Sequence record: PP813861.1 | Length of the DNA stretch: 64,000 nucleotides | Direction: 5' to 3' (one strand) | In this document: piece by piece, positions 25,718 through 35,487 of the stretch | Numbering within the stretch: position 1 is the stretch's first letter | Layout: each line of letters opens with the position of its first letter | The notes under the pieces: generated by a model | What the model was told of the DNA's origin: nothing | The model's input: the letters and a program-made list of their open reading frames with translations, nothing else | The model's database searches: none | Made by a program: the position numbers and the translations under genes

Positions 25718-26188
25718 TTACTCATTAATAACAGATACTTTGTTATTCTCAGCTTTACTTTTAGCCGATAGCGCTAAATAGAGACAACTATACCAAGTGA
25801 AGTAGTCTCTTGGGAAATAGCCCTTTAAAAAAGTAGCCATATTTTTAGCACACGCTTTATTAATATTCTTATTAATGATTTTCCTCTCATTCATTATTTT
25901 ACAAGCTAACAATGAATAATGTAGTTGATTATTAGTACTTAGGTCTTCAAGGAATAGTTCTTTCACTGCTTGTGGCTTAGAACTTAGACACATTATAATT
26001 TCTTGAACAATATAGTCATTCGTCACTGAATGAATAAGTTCAAGATAGAGTGAAAGATTAATCGAATACAGATCTTGTTTATTATTGAAAATGTATCCAT
26101 TTCTATCTAATGTAACTAATTTCTTATATGTGGGTGACATCTTTTCATTAACTATTTTATAAAAAAGACTAATCACTAATTTAATCAT
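25718..26188 (-). CDS. hypothetical protein
   Basis: 156-aa ORF, overlap with upstream gene. Confidence 0.65.
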   Translation of the reverse strand: MIKLVISLFYKIVNEKMSPTYKKLVTLDRNGYIFNNKQDLYSINLSLYLELIHSVTNDYIVQEIIMCLSSKPQAVKELFLEDLSTNNQLHYSLLACKIMNERKIINKNINKACAKNMATFLKGYFPRDYFTWYSCLYLALSAKSKAENNKVSVINE

Positions 26189-27318
26189 TTTAATAAACTT
26201 CCATCTACTCTATAAAAACCATGGACATCACGTTTACCATTTAGACTAGGTATCTCATATGGATCAGTTGATGGATTTATCAGTTTGATTTTGCATTTAT
26301 CTAAACGATCACGCAAGCTGATATTACCAGATAATGTTAAACCACGATACTGAATATCGATATTATCTAAATCAACAATGAGCGTACTAAGCTCCCCATT
26401 TGTTAAGTATGGTACCACAACCGAGTCAATTACTTTTGCAATTGTCTTAGCTTCAATATGTATCCAGTTTCCAATATGATTAGCAATCTCTGGAAACTTA
26501 TCTAGATCTAATATGATACTATAGTCACACCTAATTTTGATAATTCCATTACTTGACCAATAATGCATTGCACTATTTATACCACCTAAATGATTCTCCA
26601 TAGGTGTGAACTTTAGCCGTCCATTGAAATCTATAAGCACTTTTGAGTTATTACATGTATCAACTATTCTTGACTGATACATAAACATATTAAGTAGTTT
26701 TCTATTGATGGCCACAGTTGTACCATTAGTTAGTTCAACTACGACGATATCACCATCTGCTTCATAAGACTCTACAATTAGAGTTATTGGGTTACTATCA
26801 AATTTGGAATTATTAGATAACCCACCCATCACAATCTTGTAATTACTATTAACTGATTTAACTTGATCTATTAAAGATGGATCAATGAAATCCTTAGTGA
26901 GTGGTTTTGATGTGAAAATTACAGCCACATTTAGATCACTATTGATTGGTGTATTTACAGGTATGTATTGTTCATTAGAGAAATAGAATAATTTAAGATC
27001 TTCTATATCAGTTAGATTAATAATATCTAATGAATTATTAGTTACTTTATACATGAATGAATCAAAATTTTGTTCAACAAAATAAATCATCCATGTCTTA
27101 GTTTCTTTGGTATAATAACCCCATACTAAACTTCGATCATGTAATTTCCCAGATAGCATTCCTGTGAAATAACCTGACAGAATATCAATTTGATCAACAT
27201 CTACATTTTCTCTGATGTATTTATCATTTAGATCAGCTATCTTTTGTTCTAATGTATCTACCTTTTTTGGTTTGTTAAAAATATCAATAACATTTTTTAA
27301 GTACTTAAACATAATCAT
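26185..27318 (-). CDS. hypothetical protein
   Basis: 377-aa ORF. Confidence 0.8.
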   Translation of the reverse strand: MIMFKYLKNVIDIFNKPKKVDTLEQKIADLNDKYIRENVDVDQIDILSGYFTGMLSGKLHDRSLVWGYYTKETKTWMIYFVEQNFDSFMYKVTNNSLDIINLTDIEDLKLFYFSNEQYIPVNTPINSDLNVAVIFTSKPLTKDFIDPSLIDQVKSVNSNYKIVMGGLSNNSKFDSNPITLIVESYEADGDIVVVELTNGTTVAINRKLLNMFMYQSRIVDTCNNSKVLIDFNGRLKFTPMENHLGGINSAMHYWSSNGIIKIRCDYSIILDLDKFPEIANHIGNWIHIEAKTIAKVIDSVVVPYLTNGELSTLIVDLDNIDIQYRGLTLSGNISLRDRLDKCKIKLINPSTDPYEIPSLNGKRDVHGFYRVDGSLLK

Positions 27319-27350
27319 AAATTACCTTTTGAGTATAAACACGGAATAAA

Positions 27351-27368
27351 AGCGGTGTACACACCGCT
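27351..27368 (-). terminator. intrinsic terminator
   Basis: AGCGGTGT-AC-ACACCGCT, with U-tract on minus strand. Confidence 0.6.
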
Positions 27369-27667
27369 TATTGTTCAAATTTGATTTTGATATATCCACC
27401 ACCAACATTAGGCTGCTTAGGTCTTAGCCATCCTAGATTAAGATCCATATTCAAAACAAACGTATATGCTGTTACTCCATTTTCATCATCAACACTAATG
27501 GAGTGCCATCCATCATGATTTTGATCTTTAAGAGAATGGATTTTGGGATATAGTTGATTATGATTCAAATCAAATACTGTAACATCTCCAATTGATCTAA
27601 TTGGATAACCGCGAGATCCTAAATGATGGGCTCCTCTGCGGTCCAGTGAAATAATAGCTTCGTTCAC
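27368..27667 (-). CDS. hypothetical early protein
   Basis: 99 aa, GAGGT RBS, GTG start. Confidence 0.65.
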   Translation of the reverse strand: MNEAIISLDRRGAHHLGSRGYPIRSIGDVTVFDLNHNQLYPKIHSLKDQNHDGWHSISVDDENGVTAYTFVLNMDLNLGWLRPKQPNVGGGYIKIKFEQ

Positions 27668-27711
27668 GATAATTACCTCATGTAGATGTTTCCATTAGTA
27701 TATGCTAATCT

Positions 27712-27741
27712 ATAATGTAGATCTCAAATAAAATTTAGTGC
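27712..27741 (-). promoter_or_regulatory. phiKZ-type early promoter variant (TACATTAT core)
   Basis: Upstream part identical to promoter at 12240; core differs at two positions. Confidence 0.6.
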
Positions 27742-27771
27742 AATAGCCCTCCCCGAAGGGAGGGCTTTATG
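27718..27771. repeat. 54-bp exact direct repeat, copy 2
   Basis: Identical to 12246-12299; includes the UUCG terminator at 27745-27766. Confidence 0.9.
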
Positions 27772-27777
27772 ACAACA

Positions 27778-28008
27778 TTACCGCTTACTCATTATCGCAG
27801 CTAGTTCAACTTTAAATAATGCTTCTTCGACTTTACGAGAAATAGCATTTATTTGAACACGTTTATTATTTTCACGATCTAATGCAATTGTATTTTTTCG
27901 TGTACAATAATCGTGTAAACCCAGTTGTCGCCTAACATAGAAAATAACAATTAATTTCAAAACACGAATATATCTCATAACGCGCTTGAACATTTTATAA
28001 ATCCTCAA
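27778..28008 (-). CDS. hypothetical basic protein
   Basis: 76-aa ORF. Confidence 0.55.
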   Translation of the reverse strand: MRIYKMFKRVMRYIRVLKLIVIFYVRRQLGLHDYCTRKNTIALDRENNKRVQINAISRKVEEALFKVELAAIMSKR

Positions 28009-28012
28009 TAAT

Positions 28013-28297
28013 TTAAGGAATTGCTTTTAAAGCTTCTTCGCGTTCAGCTAAAAGCTTATCATATTGTATTTGTAATCGGTTAATTTCCGCACGAGTTAAT
28101 TTTGTCTTAGCATTAGGTTTCAACTTATGGTTAATATCAACGGTAATACCATGGTACCTAAATAGAGCTTCCATTTTGGCTATTTTCTTTTCAATATCAT
28201 CCATAGCTAAAATCCAAAAAAAAATAATAATGACTAAGGGGACCAGAAGGTCCCCTATATCGTTAGGCAGTAATAGCGCGGCGGAAGACTGAATCAA
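28013..28297 (-). CDS. hypothetical protein (start uncertain)
   Basis: 94-aa ORF; may start at MDDIEKK. Confidence 0.55.
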   Translation of the reverse strand: MIQSSAALLLPNDIGDLLVPLVIIIFFWILAMDDIEKKIAKMEALFRYHGITVDINHKLKPNAKTKLTRAEINRLQIQYDKLLAEREEALKAIP

Positions 28298-28739
28298 ACT
28301 CTTCCTGGTATGCTTTAATCAGCTTTGCAGTTTCTTCACAAATGGTATTATTACCATAAAATGCATCTGCAAAAGATTCTTGCTTACGTACTTCACAACC
28401 GAATAGCTCAAGACCATTTTTTGCTAGCTCAACTTTGAACTTAGCTAATTCGGTCATACCAATTGGTTTGGCCCGCCCTTCTTCGATACCATTTTCTTTT
28501 AGTTTAATATTATCACATACACTGCAATGACGAACATCTTTTTGTTTGTTCTTACGGAAGTTAGGACTTGATTTAGTTTGTTTTGCAGCAATGTCCATAA
28601 AGGTTTCCCTAGAATTTTTACGAACCGCAGCTTCATGATTCTTTTTAGCTCGATTTTTCTGTTTCTTCTGAACCGGCTTCGGCTGTACACCCAGCATTGA
28701 ACCAAGTTCACTCCAGGAAGAAATAGTATTGCGTGACAT
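28263..28739 (-). CDS. hypothetical basic protein
   Basis: 158 aa, AGGAG RBS, CSVC motif. Confidence 0.75.
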   Translation of the reverse strand: MSRNTISSWSELGSMLGVQPKPVQKKQKNRAKKNHEAAVRKNSRETFMDIAAKQTKSSPNFRKNKQKDVRHCSVCDNIKLKENGIEEGRAKPIGMTELAKFKVELAKNGLELFGCEVRKQESFADAFYGNNTICEETAKLIKAYQEEFDSVFRRAITA

Positions 28740-28766
28740 GTATTAGAATCTCCTATATATGTTGAT

Positions 28767-28808
28767 TATATCACATTTGTGATATACTGTTTAAAATGCT
28801 TTGAATGT
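28767..28808 (-). promoter_or_regulatory. early-promoter variant (TTTAAACAG-TATATCAC) overlapping a perfect inverted repeat
   Basis: TATATCACA-TT-TGTGATATA at 28767-28786; near copy at about 8634-8670. Confidence 0.6.
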
Positions 28809-28829
28809 ATAAACCACTATGTTGGTCAA

Positions 28830-29066
28830 TCATAGATAGAATGGTTCATGAATAACAACCCGATAACGAGTGTTATATTGGTTAATTGGAAACATATGAA
28901 CAATCTTAAAATGCAGTTCAGCAACCAAATTAAAGAATTCAGCATGCATGTTATCAGTTGAAATATCAAATGAGATTGTATCATTAACTGCACAAAGTTC
29001 TGAATCAGATGCCTTTGTAATTTCAGTTAGCCGACTGACAAACTTTTCTTGGTTAGGACTAAGCAT
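28830..29066 (-). CDS. hypothetical protein
   Basis: 78 aa, coupled to dcd. Confidence 0.65.
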   Translation of the reverse strand: MLSPNQEKFVSRLTEITKASDSELCAVNDTISFDISTDNMHAEFFNLVAELHFKIVHMFPINQYNTRYRVVIHEPFYL

Positions 29067-29068
29067 TA

Positions 29069-29638
29069 TTAAAGTCTCGCTGTTGTGATACCAATTTGAT
29101 TTTGATATTTACCATTACGTTTTGCATAACTAACTTCACATGGGGCATCACCTCTAAAGAACATAAACTGAGCAATACCCATATCAGCATAAATTTTTAG
29201 AGGTAGTGTAGTGCAGTTTGCAATCTCAATAACGACTTGTCCTTTGAAACCTGGTTCAATAGGAGTGACATTAACAATTGCACCTAGTCGTGCATAGGTT
29301 GATTTACCTGTGCAAATAGCTAGGACATCATCTGGAATATTAAACGATTCTACAGTATGACCAAGAATATAACTGTTAGGTGGAATAATACAATAATCAC
29401 CAGTCCAATCTACTAAGAATCCATCACTAGGGTCTAATGGGTCAATAACTGCACTTGTTACATTAGAAAAGATCTTAAAATTACGGGCTAGCCTTACATC
29501 GTACCCATATGAACTAAGCCCATAACTAATAATCTTTTTACCATCTTTTTCACGGACCTGGTGACCAATGAAATCCGTAATCATTGGTTCACGACCTTTA
29601 GATAAGTCAGTGATTGTTTTATCAGATAGAATAGCCAT
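29069..29638 (-). CDS. dcd: dCTP deaminase
   Basis: ISYGLSSYGYDVRL, GKSTYARLG, VTPIEPGFKG, YQNQ.GIT motifs. Confidence 0.95.
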   Translation of the reverse strand: MAILSDKTITDLSKGREPMITDFIGHQVREKDGKKIISYGLSSYGYDVRLARNFKIFSNVTSAVIDPLDPSDGFLVDWTGDYCIIPPNSYILGHTVESFNIPDDVLAICTGKSTYARLGAIVNVTPIEPGFKGQVVIEIANCTTLPLKIYADMGIAQFMFFRGDAPCEVSYAKRNGKYQNQIGITTARL

Positions 29639-29661
29639 TTTTAACTTTTCCTGTTAAGTAA

Positions 29662-30246
29662 TCATCCCCAGAATCGGGCGATGAAGTGAACACACTCCAT
29701 CTTTTTAGTTTCTTCCAGGAACTTGAAATAACCATCATCCACACCATTGCTCAAAAATAGCTGGCGATAGGTTTTTTCCGAAATGACTTCACCATTAACA
29801 TCTTGATCGAACATCGTTGGCTTCTGATCATAATCGAAGTTCCAGAGGTCTTCCATATTGAAGATCATTGTAAGTGGGTACCAACCATCTTCACTATAAT
29901 AGGCGTACGGTGTTAGATTGTCCTGTTTGGAATTGACAATTTGTGAAAGGCGACCTTCAAAGTTGTTCCATACTGGATGCGAGTCATCACTGACGAGTGT
30001 ACCAAATCCACAGCCTTTAAGAGTCGGTCGACAGAATCGGTTGGTATACTCATTATTATCGGTTAACCAATCCCAAAGATAATAGCAACGGCTAAAGTTA
30101 AGAGCCTCGCATGTATGCATGTCAATGAATTTAAGTACACGTGCACCATCTGAAGAACGTGTGGAACGTTTGGTAACTACAGGGAAAACATCAATACCCA
30201 TTTTAATCATCCATTTAACAGAATTTTTCTTGACCAGGGATTTCAC
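29662..30246 (-). CDS. hypothetical protein
   Basis: 194-aa ORF. Confidence 0.75.
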   Translation of the reverse strand: MKSLVKKNSVKWMIKMGIDVFPVVTKRSTRSSDGARVLKFIDMHTCEALNFSRCYYLWDWLTDNNEYTNRFCRPTLKGCGFGTLVSDDSHPVWNNFEGRLSQIVNSKQDNLTPYAYYSEDGWYPLTMIFNMEDLWNFDYDQKPTMFDQDVNGEVISEKTYRQLFLSNGVDDGYFKFLEETKKMECVHFIARFWG

Positions 30247-30559
30247 CGTCCATAACCTCTAGTACCCAACGGCCAGTCATCAACTCACGTGCAACATCAC
30301 ATGCCGCCCCGCCAATCTTCTCAGCTACTTTGTCCAGCAGAATTGGATGATAGTTGTGATCACCCATTACTGCGAACTTGCTTTCCCGTTCTATTTCAGC
30401 AAGTAAATCAGTGTCAACCCATTCAACACGCCCATCTGGATAGACAATATTAAGACCATACCACTTACAATAGTTTTCGATGGTTACAACTGGAATGTCA
30501 TAAACACCTTTAAAACACAGCGGTAACTTACGATCTGAGTAATGAATACGTTCAGTCAT
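30215..30559 (-). CDS. hypothetical protein
   Basis: 114-aa ORF. Confidence 0.7.
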   Translation of the reverse strand: MTERIHYSDRKLPLCFKGVYDIPVVTIENYCKWYGLNIVYPDGRVEWVDTDLLAEIERESKFAVMGDHNYHPILLDKVAEKIGGAACDVARELMTGRWVLEVMDGEIPGQEKFC

Positions 30560-30975
30560 TTGCCATTCACCAATTCAAAATAATTTTTTAGTAGATCTTC
30601 AGTTATTGGACGAGTATGTTCTTTAATCGATAATTCCTTACTGTCCATTTCAATTTCATATTCAGAAATTTGAAATTGCTTATGTGGCACTGAACCATCT
30701 AACATAATGATCACATCTGCTAAGACTTGATCCACTGCACATTGCAACAAATTATTAACTTGTTGATTATCAGTAAGTGAGTAATCATTGATGGCTTTAT
30801 TACGAATGTCATATAGCCTTTTACTTAAAGGAGTATTACGTTCAATATGTTCTGTTCGCCACTCTTCTAAAATCTGTTCTGTACTTAGTTTGGATAATGA
30901 CGATCCGCCAAGTTTCTTCCTAACTTCATTTTCTGAAAATGGTTTATCATGCCAGAATTGATGATCTTGTTTCAT
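30556..30975 (-). CDS. hypothetical protein
   Basis: 139 aa, AGGA RBS. Confidence 0.7.
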   Translation of the reverse strand: MKQDHQFWHDKPFSENEVRKKLGGSSLSKLSTEQILEEWRTEHIERNTPLSKRLYDIRNKAINDYSLTDNQQVNNLLQCAVDQVLADVIIMLDGSVPHKQFQISEYEIEMDSKELSIKEHTRPITEDLLKNYFELVNGK

Positions 30976-30987
30976 AGTAAATCCTTT

Positions 30988-31245
30988 TTATAATTTAGAA
31001 ATAGGTTTTAATACCGTATCTTTTTCATTGAATGGATTATAAACTTTATGCGGATTAATCATCTTTAGTTGCTCATTCTTTCTTTCTAAATAAGCATCTG
31101 ATGGTTTAATTGTTTTAGTTTTCCAAAAGTCATCGATTGGTTTTAACTTATCCATTTCTGACTGTTCGTTATCAAAAGGAGTTTCCCGATTTCTTAGTCG
31201 GGTCGAATTGAATAGGAGTCGTAAACTCCCGTCGTAATTCCTCAT
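30988..31245 (-). CDS. hypothetical protein
   Basis: 85-aa ORF. Confidence 0.55.
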   Translation of the reverse strand: MRNYDGSLRLLFNSTRLRNRETPFDNEQSEMDKLKPIDDFWKTKTIKPSDAYLERKNEQLKMINPHKVYNPFNEKDTVLKPISKL

Positions 31246-31361
31246 CTAAATTCTTCTCTTGAATTAATTTAGGAAAATGTTTTCTAACTGTTTTAATTGA
31301 AGCTATTAAATTGGAATAGGCTTTTTCTATGGACATTTTTATAACTCAAAATACATTATAA

Positions 31362-31385
31362 AGACAGTGGCTAAAACCACTGTCT
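31362..31385 (-). terminator. intrinsic terminator
   Basis: AGACAGTGG-CTAAAA-CCACTGTCT. Confidence 0.7.
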
Positions 31386-31507
31386 AATTATTTCCCATAA
31401 TGATCCACCTATAACTGCACTTAGAAAAAGCATTTTGAATATGGGTGGTTCTTCTTGTTCATGTTGCATGTCTGATTTATTATTTTCGCTAGCCATTTTC
31501 TTTTACT

Positions 31508-31876
31508 CTAATGCCCACCATATTCTCTAATTTTCTCACCATCCCAAAACTCATAACCAGTCATATTGTGATTAAATGGCTTTATTTTAGTAAACCCACT
31601 ACGATAGATCCAGAAATGACCAGTGCCTCTTTTTAAGCGGCACTTATACATTGCTTTTTTCTCATATTCCGTGGGAGGGCTAATTTCTAGAACTTCAAGT
31701 TCATCACCCCGTATACAGAATAGCGCTGGTGGATGCTCACAGGATGCTTTCATACCGAGAACACCTGTTGACCAAACTGTATCACCTGGCTTAATAACAG
31801 TGATGTCATTTGATACAGGTATTACAGGAATTGCACACATATTAGATGCTCCAGAGTAATTACCTCCAAAGAGCAA
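31508..31876 (-). CDS. SH3-like hypothetical protein
   Basis: IKPGDTVW...IRGDELEVLE pattern; start uncertain. Confidence 0.65.
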   Translation of the reverse strand: MLFGGNYSGASNMCAIPVIPVSNDITVIKPGDTVWSTGVLGMKASCEHPPALFCIRGDELEVLEISPPTEYEKKAMYKCRLKRGTGHFWIYRSGFTKIKPFNHNMTGYEFWDGEKIREYGGH

Positions 31877-31967
31877 ACACTGATATATTCATAGTCTGCT
31901 CTTTAGTAATATTTAAGAAGTTGGAATACTCATACTGGAGATAAACTAATGTCCATTTATACTAATC

Positions 31968-32570
31968 TCATTGTGTATAATAATTCTTTTTGAGATTATC
32001 CATATCGTAAGAATCATGTTTGAACTCAAACTTCTTAGCTATCTCACTCGAAAAAGCTTGTTTACGTTTTTCTTCTTGTTCACGGATATCGTAAGGACCA
32101 TTCTCTTTAACAAGATATTTTTTATACGGCCCAGTTCCTTGGATATATCCATCAGGAATAATGGTTGTGAGATATTTAGCCTCTACCAACCGGATGCACC
32201 GTCCATAACCAACTTCATTGGCATGACGAACTTGGATTAGTTGTCTATTCTTGGCAATACGTTCAGATATGCATGGGAAGTAAACCGGATCATCTCCTTT
32301 TTTACAGTTACCCATATCAACCTTTGCGTACAGAATTTTTCTATGATTGGCTTCGAAGAAAGCCCGAGCTTCACGAATACGTTGGGACCGAATAGCTTCC
32401 TTAGTTCTGACATTCTTTAGATGTGCAGGTTGTAAAAAAGGATTCATCTTTCGCACGTGACGTTGGATAAGTTTTGTCGTGTAATGAGGTGAATCATTAG
32501 CCATAGCCAGTAGGCTATTGTACATCTCAATCGACATGATTACTTGCTGCGGGTCATTATTGCGCTGCAT
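31968..32570 (-). CDS. hypothetical protein
   Basis: 200 aa, GGAG RBS. Confidence 0.75.
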   Translation of the reverse strand: MQRNNDPQQVIMSIEMYNSLLAMANDSPHYTTKLIQRHVRKMNPFLQPAHLKNVRTKEAIRSQRIREARAFFEANHRKILYAKVDMGNCKKGDDPVYFPCISERIAKNRQLIQVRHANEVGYGRCIRLVEAKYLTTIIPDGYIQGTGPYKKYLVKENGPYDIREQEEKRKQAFSSEIAKKFEFKHDSYDMDNLKKNYYTQ

Positions 32571-32677
32571 GCTGATCTCCGTATGTGAAATAATGCTTTA
32601 CTTTAAGGTCATCAGGATTATAAATAACACGTTGGAATTCATGTTTCTTCGCTAGTTTAAAAGCAGCTTACTTTTCC

Positions 32678-33778
32678 TTAGAAACCTACACGACTTGCTT
32701 TGCGTGGGCTACTGCAAGAACTAGTATTCAATGCTTCAGCTAAAGTAAGATTATTACCGACAAACTCAACTGGATCTAGACCATTAGCTAAACGAGCTGC
32801 ATTCGCTTGTTCAGCAGTAAGTGTTTTGAAGGTAAGAATATCGAAAGCACGGCCAGGTCGAACTAAAGCTTCATCAACATCACGAAGAGTCGGAAGATTA
32901 GTAGAAATGATAATCTTGGTCTTAGTAGATACTAGACCAGCTGTAGCATTTAATAGCCCTGACATATTACTATTACCATCTACACGTTTAGCCACCATTT
33001 TATCAGAGTCTTCTGTAATAATGAGTGAATTATCCTCAACACCACGAATAAAATTAGTCAAACCGGCGTGGCCAAGTACATCATCTTGATCAGCTAGATA
33101 CACATTACGATCATTATAACCACGAGCCCGAATAATCTCATTGATATAATTAGACTTACCAGTACCAGGAGGACCAATCAATAGTAGAACATTAGATTCA
33201 GATGCAGCGAATTCAGTCCAGATTTCAGCTGGAGATCGATCTAGGAATGGATACATTTCCATCATATTTGGATTGTAGTTACGAACAGAAATAACTTCAC
33301 TAAAGCTATATAGTTCATTATTTTGATAGTTAACCCGAATTCTTTTAATACTAGGTGGACGAGTCTGATCAAATACTTCTTCAAAACGTAATTTAAATAC
33401 TTTGATCAGTTCTTCATTGGAGTATAATCTAAAGTTCTGACTAGTGGTACCTTCCATTCCATTCATTAGGAAACCAATGATTCCTTCATCATCTAGTAAT
33501 GCAAAACCACCACTAATTCTGAATGCTTTCAGATTTAAAGGGCTTATAACTTCATCACATAGTTTGTAAATTTGTTCTTTGATGAATTCTTTTCTATCAA
33601 CTCCAAAAGGATAGTGAATACGTAGATCTTCACTATCTGAACTAATTCCCTGTTCATTAAGAGTATAGCGATATGCATTGGAAATTGCACGGCCATTATC
33701 AACCTCCATAGCAATGGAGATAAAACGATCAATCCACTTCTGCTGGACTAACGTAAGTTTGCTATTACGATAATTCAT
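32678..33778 (-). CDS. AAA+ ATPase
   Basis: Walker A GPPGTGKS, Walker B IITED, sensor STN, DEALVRPGR arginine finger. Confidence 0.9.
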   Translation of the reverse strand: MNYRNSKLTLVQQKWIDRFISIAMEVDNGRAISNAYRYTLNEQGISSDSEDLRIHYPFGVDRKEFIKEQIYKLCDEVISPLNLKAFRISGGFALLDDEGIIGFLMNGMEGTTSQNFRLYSNEELIKVFKLRFEEVFDQTRPPSIKRIRVNYQNNELYSFSEVISVRNYNPNMMEMYPFLDRSPAEIWTEFAASESNVLLLIGPPGTGKSNYINEIIRARGYNDRNVYLADQDDVLGHAGLTNFIRGVEDNSLIITEDSDKMVAKRVDGNSNMSGLLNATAGLVSTKTKIIISTNLPTLRDVDEALVRPGRAFDILTFKTLTAEQANAARLANGLDPVEFVGNNLTLAEALNTSSCSSPRKASRVGF

Positions 33779-33820
33779 TTGATGTTCCTTTTCTAATTGA
33801 TAATCTAATTTGAGACGATA

Positions 33821-33848
33821 TAAACCCTCCTACTAAGAGGAGGGTTTA
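33821..33848 (-). terminator. intrinsic terminator
   Basis: TAAACCCTCCT-ACTAAG-AGGAGGGTTTA. Confidence 0.8.
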
Positions 33849-33881
33849 TTTTGGCTATTATAACTAATTCATTTGAGAAAA

Positions 33882-34535
33882 TTAATTATTATATTCATCC
33901 ATCAATTCAGGTAGACGGCTATCTCTAGGATCTAAGATTTCAGACCAATCAATTGGCATATATGGCTCATCAGATTCATTTTTACTTAACCATTCTTCTA
34001 GTCTCTTTACATCATCTGACCAGTATAGGTTATACATAGTTGGCACATTTGCATCCAATGCCAACTGCCACGCTGTATTAGTACCACCACTAATTACAGA
34101 GGTTGGTGTCTTTTGTTCGCCATAAGCAATAATAGTTGAAACAGGTTCACGTAAAGTATGGCCATGAATTTGAAATACATTACGAGTATGTAGTTCAATA
34201 CCTGTTCTACCTAAACCATTGAAACTTCCCCGAGCTGCACAGGCCATTGCCATAGCTGTGGGAATGGTATCAGTATATACGGAGGCATCATGAAACCACG
34301 CTAGATTCTCAATTCGTCTTCCAAGAAATCCATTTCGAATAATGTAAATACGACTTTCTACTGTATCCCATTTATCAGACTGAATTGCACCATACCAACC
34401 AGCTCTATCTGATCCATATGCATCGCCTGATGAAATACCTATACCTAGATCAACAAATGTTCTTCCTGCGCGTATCATCAATTCTAGGGCCCATGTAGGG
34501 GCATAGCGACTACCGACAATAGCTGTCATTGCCAT
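33882..34535 (-). CDS. SLOG-superfamily (DprA/Smf-like) protein
   Basis: AIVGSR, SSGDAYGSD, HTRNVFQI, SGGTNTAWQLA motifs. Confidence 0.8.
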   Translation of the reverse strand: MAMTAIVGSRYAPTWALELMIRAGRTFVDLGIGISSGDAYGSDRAGWYGAIQSDKWDTVESRIYIIRNGFLGRRIENLAWFHDASVYTDTIPTAMAMACAARGSFNGLGRTGIELHTRNVFQIHGHTLREPVSTIIAYGEQKTPTSVISGGTNTAWQLALDANVPTMYNLYWSDDVKRLEEWLSKNESDEPYMPIDWSEILDPRDSRLPELMDEYNN

Positions 34536-35245
34536 TATCTAACCCTCATTAGAAGACGGATATCACCGTACTTAAGAACGGCATTTCGGACTTGATAAAT
34601 AAAAGGTTTAAATTCTTTTCGCTGTTGATCAGCCGTGAGTGTATAAGTTACTTTGATAGGTTCATTAGGAACATTGCAGAAAGATAGATAACGCGATACT
34701 CGACGTAGATTACGTAGGTGATTCTTACCACATTTAGGCCCGACTCGTTGTAACCGACCGTCGATAACCTTCCAATCATAATTAGCTTTAAGGTTTAGAG
34801 AATAAAAACTTTCAGTTAAATTCTTATAATACTGTAATTGTTTTTGAGAGATTTTATTAATTTTTGGTTCATCTGTTACAAGACGTGGGCTATACCGTGA
34901 ATAGCAATCTGGTTCTGACATACGATCCCAGGACATATAAGTATATAGACTCATATATACTGTTTTAGTAACTGGTTTAAGCTCACTCATACCTTTTAGA
35001 ATAGCTTCACCACTAATCCATGCATCACAGCGTGGATCATCATCATAACTACTCCACCATTCTGGTTTCTTTTTCAGATCATCAGGAACACCATTATGGT
35101 AAGCAAATGGTTTTACATCCCAATAATTGCGAATATCAAGTAGATATGCATAAAGATCATAATTCTGTGTTAGTTCAATATCTTCGATACCAATCCATTC
35201 ATTATTTACTTTAGCTTGAGTTTCTAAATATACATAATCACCCAT
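34535..35245 (-). CDS. hypothetical phage protein
   Basis: 236 aa; NYDLYAYLLDIRN...GVPDD motif. Confidence 0.75.
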   Translation of the reverse strand: MGDYVYLETQAKVNNEWIGIEDIELTQNYDLYAYLLDIRNYWDVKPFAYHNGVPDDLKKKPEWWSSYDDDPRCDAWISGEAILKGMSELKPVTKTVYMSLYTYMSWDRMSEPDCYSRYSPRLVTDEPKINKISQKQLQYYKNLTESFYSLNLKANYDWKVIDGRLQRVGPKCGKNHLRNLRRVSRYLSFCNVPNEPIKVTYTLTADQQRKEFKPFIYQVRNAVLKYGDIRLLMRVR

Positions 35246-35449
35246 TTTCTTTATTTCCTGTATTAGATTAATATAAATGTTTTATAACAACTATTTCAAT
35301 ATTGAATAACGTATTATTGGTTGTTTTAATTTACTACTCAACCTGATAATGTGTAATACGTCTATCTATATATCTCTTTTCTCTGGTGAAGAGCATTAGC
35401 ATTATTCCAAGGTAGAGTCCTTATTCTATTAAACATATAAGTAAATAAT

Positions 35450-35471
35450 CCCTCCCCAATAAAGGGGAGGG
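35450..35471 (-). terminator. intrinsic terminator
   Basis: CCCTCCCC-AATAAA-GGGGAGGG. Confidence 0.75.
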
Positions 35472-35487
35472 TATATGTTATCTTAAT

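Noticed and set aside
35246-35440. Gene remnant or promoter (GTAATACG) in the intergenic gap
   Set aside because: Only short stop-riddled frames and a two-mismatch promoter core without the upstream element
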